Below, in pieces: positions 1 through 10,423 of a stretch of DNA of 64,000 nt. A program made the translations under genes and the position numbers. Position 1 is the stretch's first letter, and each line of letters begins with the position of its first letter. Location: NCBI GenBank assembly GCA_963921275.4, contig OZ001293.3:1472001-1536000 (forward strand), given 5' to 3'. This DNA comes from an uncultured Hormoscilla sp. (lineage in GTDB: Bacteria > Cyanobacteriota > Cyanobacteriia > Cyanobacteriales > Desertifilaceae). The notes beneath the pieces are model-generated. The model saw only the letters and a program-made list of their open reading frames with translations, ran no database searches and had not been told where the DNA came from.

Positions 1-580
1 CTATTCGTACTACCCAGGGGACATCGAAGCGGGGTTAAAAATGGTTGATTGAGAATCGTATATTGTTAATAGTCAGAAATGTTGAGAATGCATCTCAATA
101 ATGGCTAATGGCTAATGGATAATTGTCAATTGTCCAAGTTCACCCGCTATAACCGGCAAGCGCTAAAGCGCTTACTACAAACATTAGGATAATTTACAAA
201 ACTTAACATCATTAAGCCAGAACATGGGTTAGACTAGCGGAAGCAAAGAATTCGAGAACCCAGAGAGTCGAGGATCGCCAAATGACTCAAGCAGGACTTC
301 TACCAAAAAATCAGACCAGCACGCAACCGCTATCAGGTGAAAAAAAGCTAGTAGTCATCGATGTCTGAGAGGTTGCATGCGTTGCATCCCGAAGACATCG
401 AAGACCCCAGGGTAGAAGACTACCAAATGCTAGCCGCAGGAGTTCTCAACATTGTCCAGATCGCGATCGCGCAGGACACGTAGCCCGGTGCGCGCAGCGC
501 AATCCTGGAAACAGATCGGGATGGCGTTGCACAAATAACCCAGGCCCTAACACGAGATATCGGACTTTCCCATCAATGAA

Positions 581-990
581 TTACGGCAACGGGATTGAAA
601 CTCGGGATTGAAACGATTTCGATAATAGCACGATCACGCTCTCTTTGGCTCCCGAACAGACCACGACCGTTATTACCATTCCGATCGACGACGATGACAT
701 AGCAGAAGACACCGAAAACCTGACTCTCACCTTAACCAATACTAGCGTCGGGATTGAAACGGGCAGCAAAAGTACAGCTACTCTAGAAATAATCGATAAT
801 GATAATGTAGTAAATCCGGTAAATCTGGACATTGACAGCAATGGCCAAACAGATGCTCTTACAGACGGCATTTTGGCTATCCGTTATCTGTTTGGTGCTA
901 GAGATAATGCCCTGATTAATAATGCGATCGTTCCGGATGCCACCCGTACCGATGCCCCTAGCATACTCAGCTTCCTGCAATCATTCGTTC
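581..990 (+). pseudogene. 3' fragment of a Calx-beta domain surface protein with a dockerin-like C-terminal module
   Basis: ORF 645-1085 encodes ITIPIDDDDIAEDTENLTLTL...ATLEIIDND (Calx-beta) and LDIDSNGQTDALTDGILAIRYLFG. It has no plausible N-terminus, and its 3' end runs into repeat DNA. Confidence 0.6.
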
Positions 991-1037
991 CCGTAGCGTG
1001 CTCGGCGGGGATACCGAAAGCTCCCCGGGGACACCGG

Positions 1038-1715
1038 TGGCTTTTGGCATCCGCAACAAGCAGCCGTATCGTTCTACCTTTGTAGTTGCTGATGAAGGAG
1101 TGCAACCAGTTTTTGTTCTGGAAGTGGTATCGCCTCGCGATGTGCGATTAATGTGCTCTGCGTAGTGCGAATAGCGCGCGCAGAGCGCACATTAAGCAGT
1201 GCGATCGCGCAGGACACGTAGCCCGGTGCGCGCAATGTAGCGCGAGGTATCTCCCCTTTTGTGCGATTAGCGCTCCCAGGAGACACAGCAGCAGAGCACA
1301 TCGCTACCGCAAGGAAGACAAGGAAACTAAAGTAATCGAATACGAACAGGCCGAAATTGGTCAATACGTAATTATAGATCGGCGCAGTCTGCGCGGTCAA
1401 GTAATAGATGAGGTGCTGGGTTATCGGTTAGTAGCCGGACGCTATCAATCTATTATTCCAGACGATGACGGACGCCTTCCCTGCGAGACGATTCGGTTGT
1501 GGATCGGTATGCAGGATGGTCGTTTGGTGCTGGAAGACATGGAAACTGGAGAAAGGTTGCAGAAATCCAGAGAATTGAAAGCGGAAAATCAGGAATTGAA
1601 AGCCCAAAATCAGGAATGGGAAGCTAAATTCACCGAATGGGAAGCCCAAAATCAAGAATTGCAAACTCGCTTACAGGAACTGGAAGCCGAACAGGAAAGG
1701 CGTCAATCATCATAA
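1038..1715 (+). pseudogene. Uma2 family (DUF820) endonuclease, 5'-truncated and split by a repeat insertion
   Basis: VAFGIRNKQPYRSTFVVADEGVQPVFVLEVVSPR (to 1138) joins YRKEDKETKVIEYEQAEIGQYVIIDRR...LGYRL (from 1305) once 1139-1304 is removed. Coiled-coil C-terminus. Confidence 0.75.
1139..1304. mobile_element. Nested cluster of small dispersed repeats inserted in the Uma2 gene
   Basis: TCGC duplicated at 1135-1138 and 1301-1304; inverted ends gcgatgtgc...gcacatcgc; the internal motifs recur across the window. Confidence 0.7.
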
Positions 1716-2011
1716 GGGTTAAGGGATAAAATGCTATCGGCACCGAATTGTATTGACGGCACCACTGGGCGATCGCGCGTGTCTGGCCTTTTCGAGGCGA
1801 TCGCGCCAACCTGGTTTCTTGCCACAAGGGGGCGATCGCGCCCATCCCAGGAACCAGAAAATTATAGATTAGTAAGGAAGAGGTCTGGGTGCATCTCACT
1901 TTGGCCGCGGGTAGATCAGCGGTAGCCCTCTAACCCGGTTTTTTGCTCATACCGGGTTTCTTATACATTAAAGAGATGCGCCCGTTGCTGTTTCCTTGGA
2001 TGGCATTCGGG

Positions 2012-2178
2012 GCAAGGACTAAAGTCCTTACTACGAACCACTAGGAACGAGCAAGGATTTTAGTCTTGATTACCAACGGAGCAAGGACTTTAGTCCTTAC
2101 TACGAACCACTAGGAACGAGCAAGGATTTTAGTCTTGATTACCAACGGAGCAAGGACTTTAGTCCTTACTACGAACCA
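2012..2178. repeat. 69-bp tandem repeat (about 2.4 copies) of REP-like hairpins ending ttactacgaac
   Basis: gcaaggact starts at 2012, 2081 and 2150; hairpin aaggact-aa/tt-agtcctt. Confidence 0.85.
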
Positions 2179-2185
2179 TAGGATT

Positions 2186-3028
2186 CTACTCCAGATCGCC
2201 CATGTTGAATAGGAAGGGGACAGTACTATTAGAGTCTCCACTCATAACTAGCACCTTCGGCATCTGAGCCCCACCTTGTCGCCAAGCCTCGATCGCCTCC
2301 TTTTGCAGCACCAACTCACCCCCTTGCGCTTTCAGGGTTTCAGCCAGTAATTTCTGCGCCTCCGCCTTACCCTTAGCACGATTAACTTCTGCTTGCGCTT
2401 CTTGTTCGGCTTCTTGCGCCACATAGACCGCCCTTTGGGCCCGCTGTTCGGCGATTTGTTTCTCCTCCACCGCCTTGGCAAACTCTGGGGAGAACGTCAG
2501 GTCGATCACGCTAGTATCCAGCACGATGATACCGTACTTTTCTAACCGCTGATTCAAGGTTGAATCAAAGTCTCGCTTGAGTTCCGATCGTTTGGTAACA
2601 GCTTCTTCCACAGTCCGCAGGGCCGCAGCTATTTTGAACGCTTCCTGGGTCTGGGGCGCAATCACTTTCGACACCAGATTCTGCAATGTTCCTTGTGTCC
2701 TGCGGATATCAACTACTTGCAACGGATCCAGGCGGAAGTTGATCGCGAAGCTAGCGCTGATATCCTGTAGATCCTTCGTGGAACTCTGGGCGGGGACTTC
2801 AAACTTTTGCACCGTCACATCATAAACATCCACCACAGAGATCAGGGGGGGCTTAAAGTGGAGACCCTCCAGTAACGCCCCATCTCTAGCTTTACCCAGA
2901 ATACTGATGACTCCTGCTTGACCTGGGTTGATGATTATGAAAGAATTAGAGGCGATCAGAATGATCGCCGCCGCAATAATTCCTCCGATTACTGCTTGAA
3001 TATTGCCTTGGGGTGATTGACTTCTCAA
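2186..3028 (-). CDS. Prohibitin / SPFH (band 7) family protein
   Basis: N-terminal TM segment, EGLHFKPP, AVEEKQIAEQRAQRA coiled coil. Confidence 0.92.
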   Translation of the reverse strand: MRSQSPQGNIQAVIGGIIAAAIILIASNSFIIINPGQAGVISILGKARDGALLEGLHFKPPLISVVDVYDVTVQKFEVPAQSSTKDLQDISASFAINFRLDPLQVVDIRRTQGTLQNLVSKVIAPQTQEAFKIAAALRTVEEAVTKRSELKRDFDSTLNQRLEKYGIIVLDTSVIDLTFSPEFAKAVEEKQIAEQRAQRAVYVAQEAEQEAQAEVNRAKGKAEAQKLLAETLKAQGGELVLQKEAIEAWRQGGAQMPKVLVMSGDSNSTVPFLFNMGDLE

Positions 3029-3444
3029 ATCCTATACTCCTTTATTTTCCTCGTTACTGACTGCGATTTAGTATACTCTGAAGGGTCCCTTTGTTCTTAG
3101 GGCCATATGTCATTGCGAGGGGGGGGCCCAATTGAGAGATCCTTGCGATCAATGAGATACTCCCCCCCTCAGCAATCTCCTAAAGGGCGCACCTCTTGTA
3201 TGCTTCTCGGGGGGTCGATAAGTTGTGCGAACCTAAGTTACTACTGCTAGAGCCCCCCGAGCAATGACACCAGCAATGCTCTTTAGCGCAAGTCGATCCC
3301 TTTGGGAGTATAGTTAGGCGCATCTGTGCCAGATTACAGATTACAGAATAAACCATTTTTACCATAGCGATTGATCGACTATGACATCACAGCAGCCCCA
3401 TGCCAAGCTATCCTGAAAGGGAACTGCCATGCAATAGAACACCC

Positions 3445-4650
3445 ATGACTGCACAACCTACACGCATCTGTATCCTGGGTGGAGGCTTTGGTGGCCTCTA
3501 CACCGCCGGACGCTTAAGCCAGCTACCTTGGGAAAAGTCCCATGAACCGGAAATTCTGCTGGTCGATCGCCATGACCGGTTCTTATTCTCGCCCTTGCTG
3601 TACGAACTGCTGACGGAGGAACTGCAAACCTGGGAGATCGCCCCACCCTTTGCCGAACTTCTAGCCAACACCGGTGTACGCTTCATCAAGGCAACTGTAG
3701 CCGATATTGATGTGGATAGCAAGCAGGTACAGTTGGATAATGGGCAAAAATTACAGGCCGATCGGCTAGTTTTAACCCTGGGTGGCGAGACCCCTTTACA
3801 GATGGTGCCTGGATCTGCCGAGTATGCTATCCCCTTCCGTACCATAGCAGACGCCTATCGTTTGGCTGAAAAACTGCGGATCTTAGAACAGTCTGATGCC
3901 GAAAAGATTCGCATTGCCATTGTTGGTGCCGGTTATTCTGGGGTAGAATTAGCATGCAAGCTAGCGGACAGACTCTCCATGAGGGGACGGGTGCGGTTAA
4001 TTGAACAAGGGGATATGATTTTGCGTACCTCTAGTGAGTTTAACCGAGAAGCTGCCATGGATGCTTTGTCGGCACGGGGTGTATGGACTGATTTGGAAAC
4101 TACTGTCCAATCAATTGAACCAGACTCCGTGTCACTTGTATATAAGGAACAGGTTGACAAAATTCCTGTGGATGTGGTTTTATGGACTGTGGGAACTAGA
4201 GTCCCCGATGTCGTGCGATCGCTACCCCTGAAACAAAACCAACGCCAGCAGTTGATCGCAACACCCACATTGCAAATCATCGACCATCCAGATATTTTTG
4301 CCCTCGGGGATCTAGCAGAATGCCGGGATGCGGTAGGTCAGCAAGTCCCAGCAACAGCCCAAGCAGCCTTACAACAATCAGATTATACCGCCTGGAACAT
4401 CTGGGCATCCCTCACCGGGCGTCCCCTACTGCCTTGGCGCTATCAGAACTTAGGGGAAATGATGACCCTAGGGATAGATAACGCCACTCTTACGGGTTTG
4501 GGAGTGAAACTAGATGGTCCGTTGGCTCATATTGCCCGACGTCTAATATACCTCTATCGCCTGCCCACATTCAATCACCAAGTGAAAGTTGGTTTTAACT
4601 GGATGACTAAACCTCTACAGTCGGCGCTAATGGAAGTCTTGTCTACTTGA
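3445..4650 (+). CDS. ndbB: Type II NADH dehydrogenase family FAD oxidoreductase (NdbB, demethylphylloquinone reductase-like)
   Basis: RICILGGGFGGLYTA and IVGAGYSGVELA dinucleotide-binding motifs; N-terminus resembles cyanobacterial NdbB. Start taken at ATG 3445. Confidence 0.82.
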   Translation: MTAQPTRICILGGGFGGLYTAGRLSQLPWEKSHEPEILLVDRHDRFLFSPLLYELLTEELQTWEIAPPFAELLANTGVRFIKATVADIDVDSKQVQLDNGQKLQADRLVLTLGGETPLQMVPGSAEYAIPFRTIADAYRLAEKLRILEQSDAEKIRIAIVGAGYSGVELACKLADRLSMRGRVRLIEQGDMILRTSSEFNREAAMDALSARGVWTDLETTVQSIEPDSVSLVYKEQVDKIPVDVVLWTVGTRVPDVVRSLPLKQNQRQQLIATPTLQIIDHPDIFALGDLAECRDAVGQQVPATAQAALQQSDYTAWNIWASLTGRPLLPWRYQNLGEMMTLGIDNATLTGLGVKLDGPLAHIARRLIYLYRLPTFNHQVKVGFNWMTKPLQSALMEVLST

Positions 4651-4729
4651 ATTATCGGTGGGCGGGTGTGGTCATGCATTAGTTGATATCCTTCTGGATT
4701 GGATCGACTTGCGCAAAATGTTGAAGTTG

Positions 4730-5200
4730 ATGTCATGGCTTCGATATCTCTGGGTCGAGGTATCTCCTGGGAGCTTGATGTCCCCCGGACCCACTTCGAT
4801 GCCTTCGGGATGCAACGGAGGCAACCCCTCAGGCATCGCTCAGGCATCGTCGAAACCCGGGCGACATCATCTGAGCACAAAAGAGGAGATACCTCGCGCT
4901 ACTCGCACTACCCCAGAGATATCGAGGGGGGATACCAAAGCAGTAACTGTGGTATGCTTTTCTATCAGACCCCCCGTTAGCGCAGCGGCTGCGCTAACGG
5001 GGGGCTACTTCCTCTTGCACAAGCATCTTTCAATAGAACCCCCCTCGCAATGACATAAGGGAGGTTACTGTGAAGCTTCCAAAGGGGTGTGGTCAAAAGT
5101 AGCGGTGCCCACGGGCAAGCGATCCGCCCGTCCCACCTATCCTCGATGCGCGAGGGGTAGTGCGAATAGCGCGCCCCGAGTGCATCGAAGGGCAGGCGAT
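4730..5200. repeat. Intergenic cluster of GC-rich small dispersed repeats (gatgtcccc / tcgcactaccc family)
   Basis: The same motifs recur at 1-30, 6820-6960, 8580-8680, 19330-19990, 20720-20880 and 60740-61190. Confidence 0.7.
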
Positions 5201-5229
5201 CCGCCCGCCCGACGTTCATGAACAATATA

Positions 5230-5943
5230 ATGAAACAACCAAAAGTAATTTTTTTAGATGCCGTTGGCACCCTGTTTGGCATCCGGGAAACTGTAGGTCA
5301 AGTGTATGCAATGCTAGCGCGTCAGTCAGGTGTCGAGGTAGCAGCTGAGGCCCTAGATGCAGCATTCATCCAGAGTTTTAGATCCTCTCGGCCAGCTGCA
5401 TTCCCCGGAATAAACCCAGTCGATATCCCCACCCATGAATATAACTGGTGGAAAGTAATCGCCATGCAAACATTTCAACAAGTAAGGGTTTGGCAACAGT
5501 TTTCCGACTTTGACAGTTTCTTTAGCAAACTATACGCTTACTTTGCTACAACAGATCCCTGGTTTGTTTATTCCGATGTCTTTTCTGCCTTATCATCTTG
5601 GCAGCAGTCCGGGATCGAGTTAGGAGTTTTATCTAACTTTGATTCTCGGATATACTCAGTATTACAAGCATTCGGACTGGCAGAATTTTTCACATCCGTG
5701 ACAATATCTACAGAAGTAGGTGCTGCTAAACCCGATCGCCATATTTTTGCAGCCACCTTAGCAAAACATAATTGTTCTCCGAGTGACGCCTGGCACATTG
5801 GGGATAGCTTTAAGGAAGATTATAAAGCCGCCCAAAAGGCTGGTTTACAAGCCATCTGGCTAAAAAGAAATCATCAAGCAGGTACGGAAGAGGGCGACTT
5901 CTGGACAACTCTACAGCCTCAGAACCAGGCGATCGACAATTAA
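5230..5943 (+). CDS. HAD-IA family hydrolase (REG-2-like)
   Basis: FLDAVGTL motif I, LSNFD, AKPD, HIGDS...D motif IV. Confidence 0.9.
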   Translation: MKQPKVIFLDAVGTLFGIRETVGQVYAMLARQSGVEVAAEALDAAFIQSFRSSRPAAFPGINPVDIPTHEYNWWKVIAMQTFQQVRVWQQFSDFDSFFSKLYAYFATTDPWFVYSDVFSALSSWQQSGIELGVLSNFDSRIYSVLQAFGLAEFFTSVTISTEVGAAKPDRHIFAATLAKHNCSPSDAWHIGDSFKEDYKAAQKAGLQAIWLKRNHQAGTEEGDFWTTLQPQNQAIDN

Positions 5944-6723
5944 ATAAAGATTTCTTCTGATTCAGGACTATAGATATAGTCATAATTAAAATTAAAGCTT
6001 TTAATATTTATCATGATAGAAAAGCCAAATTACGTGACAATCTTTGTAGTAAATGTGGCTATTATCAGCTCAATCAATTTCTTGTCTGACAAAATCGGTT
6101 CTTTGACAAAGTAACTCCGTTTAGCAAAGAATAACTTTTCATCTTTGGGCATAATAATTCCATTCTTTGGGCATAATAATTCCATTAATTATATGTGCAT
6201 GTTGAATGGGCTTAATATAATTTTTGAGAAAATCTTCCTGATTAATCTGCATTCTATATAATCTTTCATGTTGTAACCAACTCATTGTAAACATAATTTT
6301 CATAATTTCAAAGCCAAGAATATAATTGAAGACATTATTTTTTTCTTCAACACTAAGAACTAGACGGAGCACAGATTATAAATATTGGTTAGGCTGGATG
6401 CGCAGATCATGAGCTGAATGAATATAAAACTGTTTAATATAGCTTCTCAAGATATCTTCTCTGAGGTTGGTCGGAATCAGGAATTGTTTGAGATAGCGTT
6501 GAACTTTATTTTTAGTATAGCGGTCTTCGAGCATTTTGGAGACCAAGCCATCGGCAGTATAATCATCTAAAAATTCAGCTTGGGTTTCCAGCCGAAAGCA
6601 GAAGATGACATAAAGATAAAACATAACGGCGGTGTTGCCAGGGCAAACTTTCCGCCCATTTTCTGGCTTCAGGAGGTAGTTTCTGAATCATACTTTTCAA
6701 ATTTTAGCCCTCATTCATGACCA
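5944..6723 (-). pseudogene. Conserved cyanobacterial hypothetical protein, disrupted
   Basis: MIQKLPPEARKWAESLPWQHRRYVLSLCHLL, then a frameshift into ETQAEFLDDYTADGL. In-frame TAA at 6376-6378, and a 22-bp tandem duplication (6143-6186) gives a further frameshift. Confidence 0.65.
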
Positions 6724-7362
6724 TAAAATTGAGTAAGGAAAACAAACCGCGTAGCGCTAGCGTGCCCAGGTGCGAGAGTCGCTGCAAGCAACTGAGATAA
6801 TTATATAATTGAAGAGCGCAGTTCGAGGTCTCCTGGTCGGGAGATGTATCCTGGGGCGAGGTATCTCCCGGGAGCGCTAGTCGCACAAAAGGGGGAGATA
6901 CCTCGCGCTGCACTACCCAGGATACATCGTACTCGCACTACCCAGGAGACCTCGAAGCGTGAATAATCTAGAATGAGAGGATTACCTATGGGAGAACTGG
7001 CAGCAGGAGCAGGGCAAGAATTAAGAAATCCAGTTTTGTGTCAAAACTGGATTGAAAAACATAAGTAAATATACTTATGTGCAGGCCAGTAAGCACCCAG
7101 ATATGACAAGATGCCCCCTAATGCTGTATTTTAGATGTAGTAGTGAAGTCAGTAAAATAACTGACAGTCCGCATAAGATAAATGCTATTAATAGTTGTTA
7201 GCTTAAGCCAATAGGCGTTGCACATTTTGGGGATGATGCCATTTGTTGCATATAACTGAAAGTGGCTTGTAGTCTACGTTTAAAACTTCTGCAACGATGC
7301 TCATCATCCCGTCCGAAGTGCAACGCCAGCCAATAAACAAGCGCAAGCCACGGAAGATAACT

Positions 7363-8547
7363 ATGCCACTCAAGCAGTCCCAAGTTCTGTCTCTGCTTCA
7401 GGCAAGGCGATCGGACTTTAAAAGATTTGACCAAAGTGCTGCCATAGTAAAGCGGTATAGGGAAGCATGGGCAGCAGCAGCATCGGATTTTTCTGAACTG
7501 GCCCGATCGTCCGAGGGGCCCCTGGCAGCAGTACCATTGGAGAAAGTTGCCAGTCAGGCAATCCCCTTTGAGATCGAATTGACGAACCGGGAGGAAAGAT
7601 TAGCATGGGCGCGGCCACGGCTGACAGGAGTAACCACCTTTGCCGTGGATGGTTCCCAAATTTATCCTAGTAAAGATTTCTCAATCCCGATCGCCCTCAT
7701 CCAAGTAGGATGGTATGAAAATCAGCACTTGCCCGCCAGCGCTTATCAGAAAGATGTGGCGGTCGATATTTTGACTCCAGCCCAGCTGCGGACATCTGGT
7801 TCGAGTAGCCAGGCTCTAGAGCGGGTCGTTAACCGGCGTCGGTTTGAGTTGGAAATCAGGCGGCTGATTAAGTATATGCAGGAGCATCGTCAGGATGGCT
7901 CACGGACTCTAGTCTTCTACGACGGATCTTTGATTGCTAGTTTTGCCGAAACCCAAGATCCAGAGAGCCGGGAATTTTACGTGCAAAATCTGCGACAGCT
8001 GTTACATACTAGCGAACGATGTCGGGTGCCTTTAGTCGGTTATATCGATACCACAACTGCTCGCGACCTGACAGAGACATTGCGAGAGTTGTTTGCCTTG
8101 CCAGAAATGCCTGGACTTAACGATGCCCAACTGCTGCACCCTCAAATGCAGTGGGACTCGCGAACTGGACTCTGGAGGTGCCAACGGCCTGGTATTCTCA
8201 AGGAATACGGATCTTGGGCTGACAAAATCGCCTTCTGTTATTTGAAAACCAATGACGGTTATCCGGCTCGCCTGGAAATGCCAATATGGATATATGAAGA
8301 TTGCGCTGCGCGCACGCTACGCGATCGAAAAGACTCTTTGCTGGAGCGGGCGATAGACTGGGTAATGGGTGAAGTAATTATTGGCGGCGGTTATCCCTAC
8401 GCCATTGAAACAGCAGATCAAGTAGCCGTACTGCAAGCAAAGGATCGGCAACTCTTTTACCAACTGCTGCAAGACTGGGCCGACAAAGAAAAGTTGAATC
8501 TCCGTCTTTCCCGCAAAATGGTCAGCAAAGTGCGCCGTCGTTCGTAG
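7363..8547 (+). CDS. nurA: NurA domain nuclease
   Basis: FAVDGSQ, FYDGSL and GGGYPYAIETADQVA motifs. Likely start MPLKQ at 7363. Confidence 0.85.
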   Translation: MPLKQSQVLSLLQARRSDFKRFDQSAAIVKRYREAWAAAASDFSELARSSEGPLAAVPLEKVASQAIPFEIELTNREERLAWARPRLTGVTTFAVDGSQIYPSKDFSIPIALIQVGWYENQHLPASAYQKDVAVDILTPAQLRTSGSSSQALERVVNRRRFELEIRRLIKYMQEHRQDGSRTLVFYDGSLIASFAETQDPESREFYVQNLRQLLHTSERCRVPLVGYIDTTTARDLTETLRELFALPEMPGLNDAQLLHPQMQWDSRTGLWRCQRPGILKEYGSWADKIAFCYLKTNDGYPARLEMPIWIYEDCAARTLRDRKDSLLERAIDWVMGEVIIGGGYPYAIETADQVAVLQAKDRQLFYQLLQDWADKEKLNLRLSRKMVSKVRRRS

Positions 8548-8742
8548 GGCGGGCGTCTCCCCTGCTCGGGGGGAAAGGAACGTCTCCGATGTCTCCGCGA
8601 TGTGCGATGCGCAGTGCGAATAGCGCGCATCGCAGATCGAGAGCGCTATTCGCACTACTCCGGAGACATCGGGCGGGCATCTCGCCTGCCCGTCAATTGT
8701 AATTCGCAATTGGCAAAAATTACCAACCATCATTCCGAAAAA

Positions 8743-10414
8743 ATGCAACGCCGATATGAGTTTTTAATTTCTGGTTTGGTTGTTGTTGCCTGTATTGCCC
8801 CAAATTGGGCCAGTTCTGCTTCTATATCCTCTCAGGACGATGGCGCTGCGCGCACGCTACGCGATCGGGTCATAAACTACGCCCAGTCTTTACCAAACCG
8901 ATCGGCAGAACCAGAAAAGCCGATCGCGATCGAGAAAATAGAAGTGAAGGGCAGTACCATTTTCGGACCAGATATCCTTGACTCGATCGTCCAACCTTTG
9001 TTAGGCCGTTCCGTTACCCTGAAAGAACTAACCCAGACAGCCGATCGGATTACCCAATTGTACCTCAGCGGCGGCTTCATCAACTCTCGGGCAATTATAC
9101 CAGACCAAGAGATTATCGCAGGCATCGTCCAGATTCAGGTGATCGAAGGGTCTCTGGAGTCCATCGAAGTCGAAGGAACGCGCCAAGTAAATCCAGAATA
9201 CATCCGATCGCGGGTGCGTTTGAGAGTCAAGACCCCTCTGAATAGCGCCGATCTAGAAGAACAGTTAAGATTGCTCAATACTAATCCTTTATTTGAGAAT
9301 GTGGAAGCTAGTCTGCGTGCAGGTGGTGATATCGACCGGAGTATTCTCGTGGTGCGGGTGACTGAGGCCAAGCAAGTAGATACTAGCTTATTTGTGGATA
9401 ACTATTCTCCCCCCAGTATTGGCAGCGAAAGATTTGGCGGTACGGTTCGCTATCGTAATTTAATTGGTATTGGCGATGAGTTGGCCGGATCCTATAGCCG
9501 CACTACGACAGGGGGCGCTGATGTTTATTCCTTTGATTATCGGGTGCCCGTTAATGCTAGAGATGGCAATCTCTCACTCAGAATAGCAGGAAATCGCAAT
9601 CATATTACTGCGACTGAATTCCAGGAGTTCGGCATTCGGGGCAAGTCGAGGGCTTTTGATATTACTTACCAGCAACCTATTCTGCGCAACCTGCGTTCTG
9701 AGTTAGCTATATCTGTCGGGTTCTCTCACCAAAATGGTCAAACTTTTTTGTTTGATAACCAACCTGTTGGCTTTGGTTCTGGTCCCAATGCAGATGGTAA
9801 CAGTCGTACCAGTGTAGTGAAGCTAGGAACTTCTTTCTTACACCGTGAAGTTAATGGTGCTTGGGCCCTGCGATCGCAATTTAGTTTCGGCACGGGCTTA
9901 TTAGATGCTACCATAAATCCCGAACCAATTCCCGATGGACGTTTTTTCAGCTGGTTTTTTTCTGGCAGACGGGTGCAACTTTTGGGTGCGGATCATCTAC
10001 TCATTTTTGCAGGCCGACCTCCAGCTTACCCCTGATAGTCTCCTACCTTCCCAACAATTTCTGATTGGCGGCGGTCAATCTTTGCGGGGCTATCGCCAAA
10101 ATGCACGGGCTGGAGATAATGGTTTTCGGCTTTCTATTGAAGACCGAATTACTGTCGGACGGGATAATACAAATAATTTGACTGCACAGCTGATTCCTTT
10201 TGCAGATCTGGGCCTGGTCTGGAATAGGTTTGATAATCCCAATTCTTTACCGGAACAGACCTTTCTTGCTAGTTTCGGTTTAGGATTATCTTGGCAGCCT
10301 TTTCCTGGTGTAGATATGCGATTTGACTATGCTTTGCCTTTGGTTGACTTGGACGATCGGGGTAACAATGCTCAAGATAGCGGTTTTTCCTTCAGCATTA
10401 ATTTTCAACTTTGA
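8743..10414 (+). pseudogene. ShlB/FhaC/HecB (TpsB/Omp85) outer-membrane secretion protein, frameshifted
   Basis: POTRA repeats, DNYSPPSIGSER, IGGGQSLRGY and a C-terminal F-x-L beta-signal. Single +1 frameshift at the T run near 10004-10008 (DHLLI|LQADLQL). Could be a sequencing error. Confidence 0.8.
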
Positions 10415-10423
10415 TAGTTCAAT

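Noticed and set aside
2012..2178. 69-bp periodic repeat as a CRISPR array
   Set aside because: The would-be spacers are identical, so this is a plain tandem duplication.
4658..5348. Several short ORFs in GC-rich patches (also 6704-6913, 19880-20200, 20693-20905, 60688-60958)
   Set aside because: They are translations of small-repeat clusters that are poor in stop codons, with no protein motifs.
7363..8547. NurA as part of a HerA-NurA repair or defence operon
   Set aside because: No HerA ATPase or other partner is adjacent in this window.
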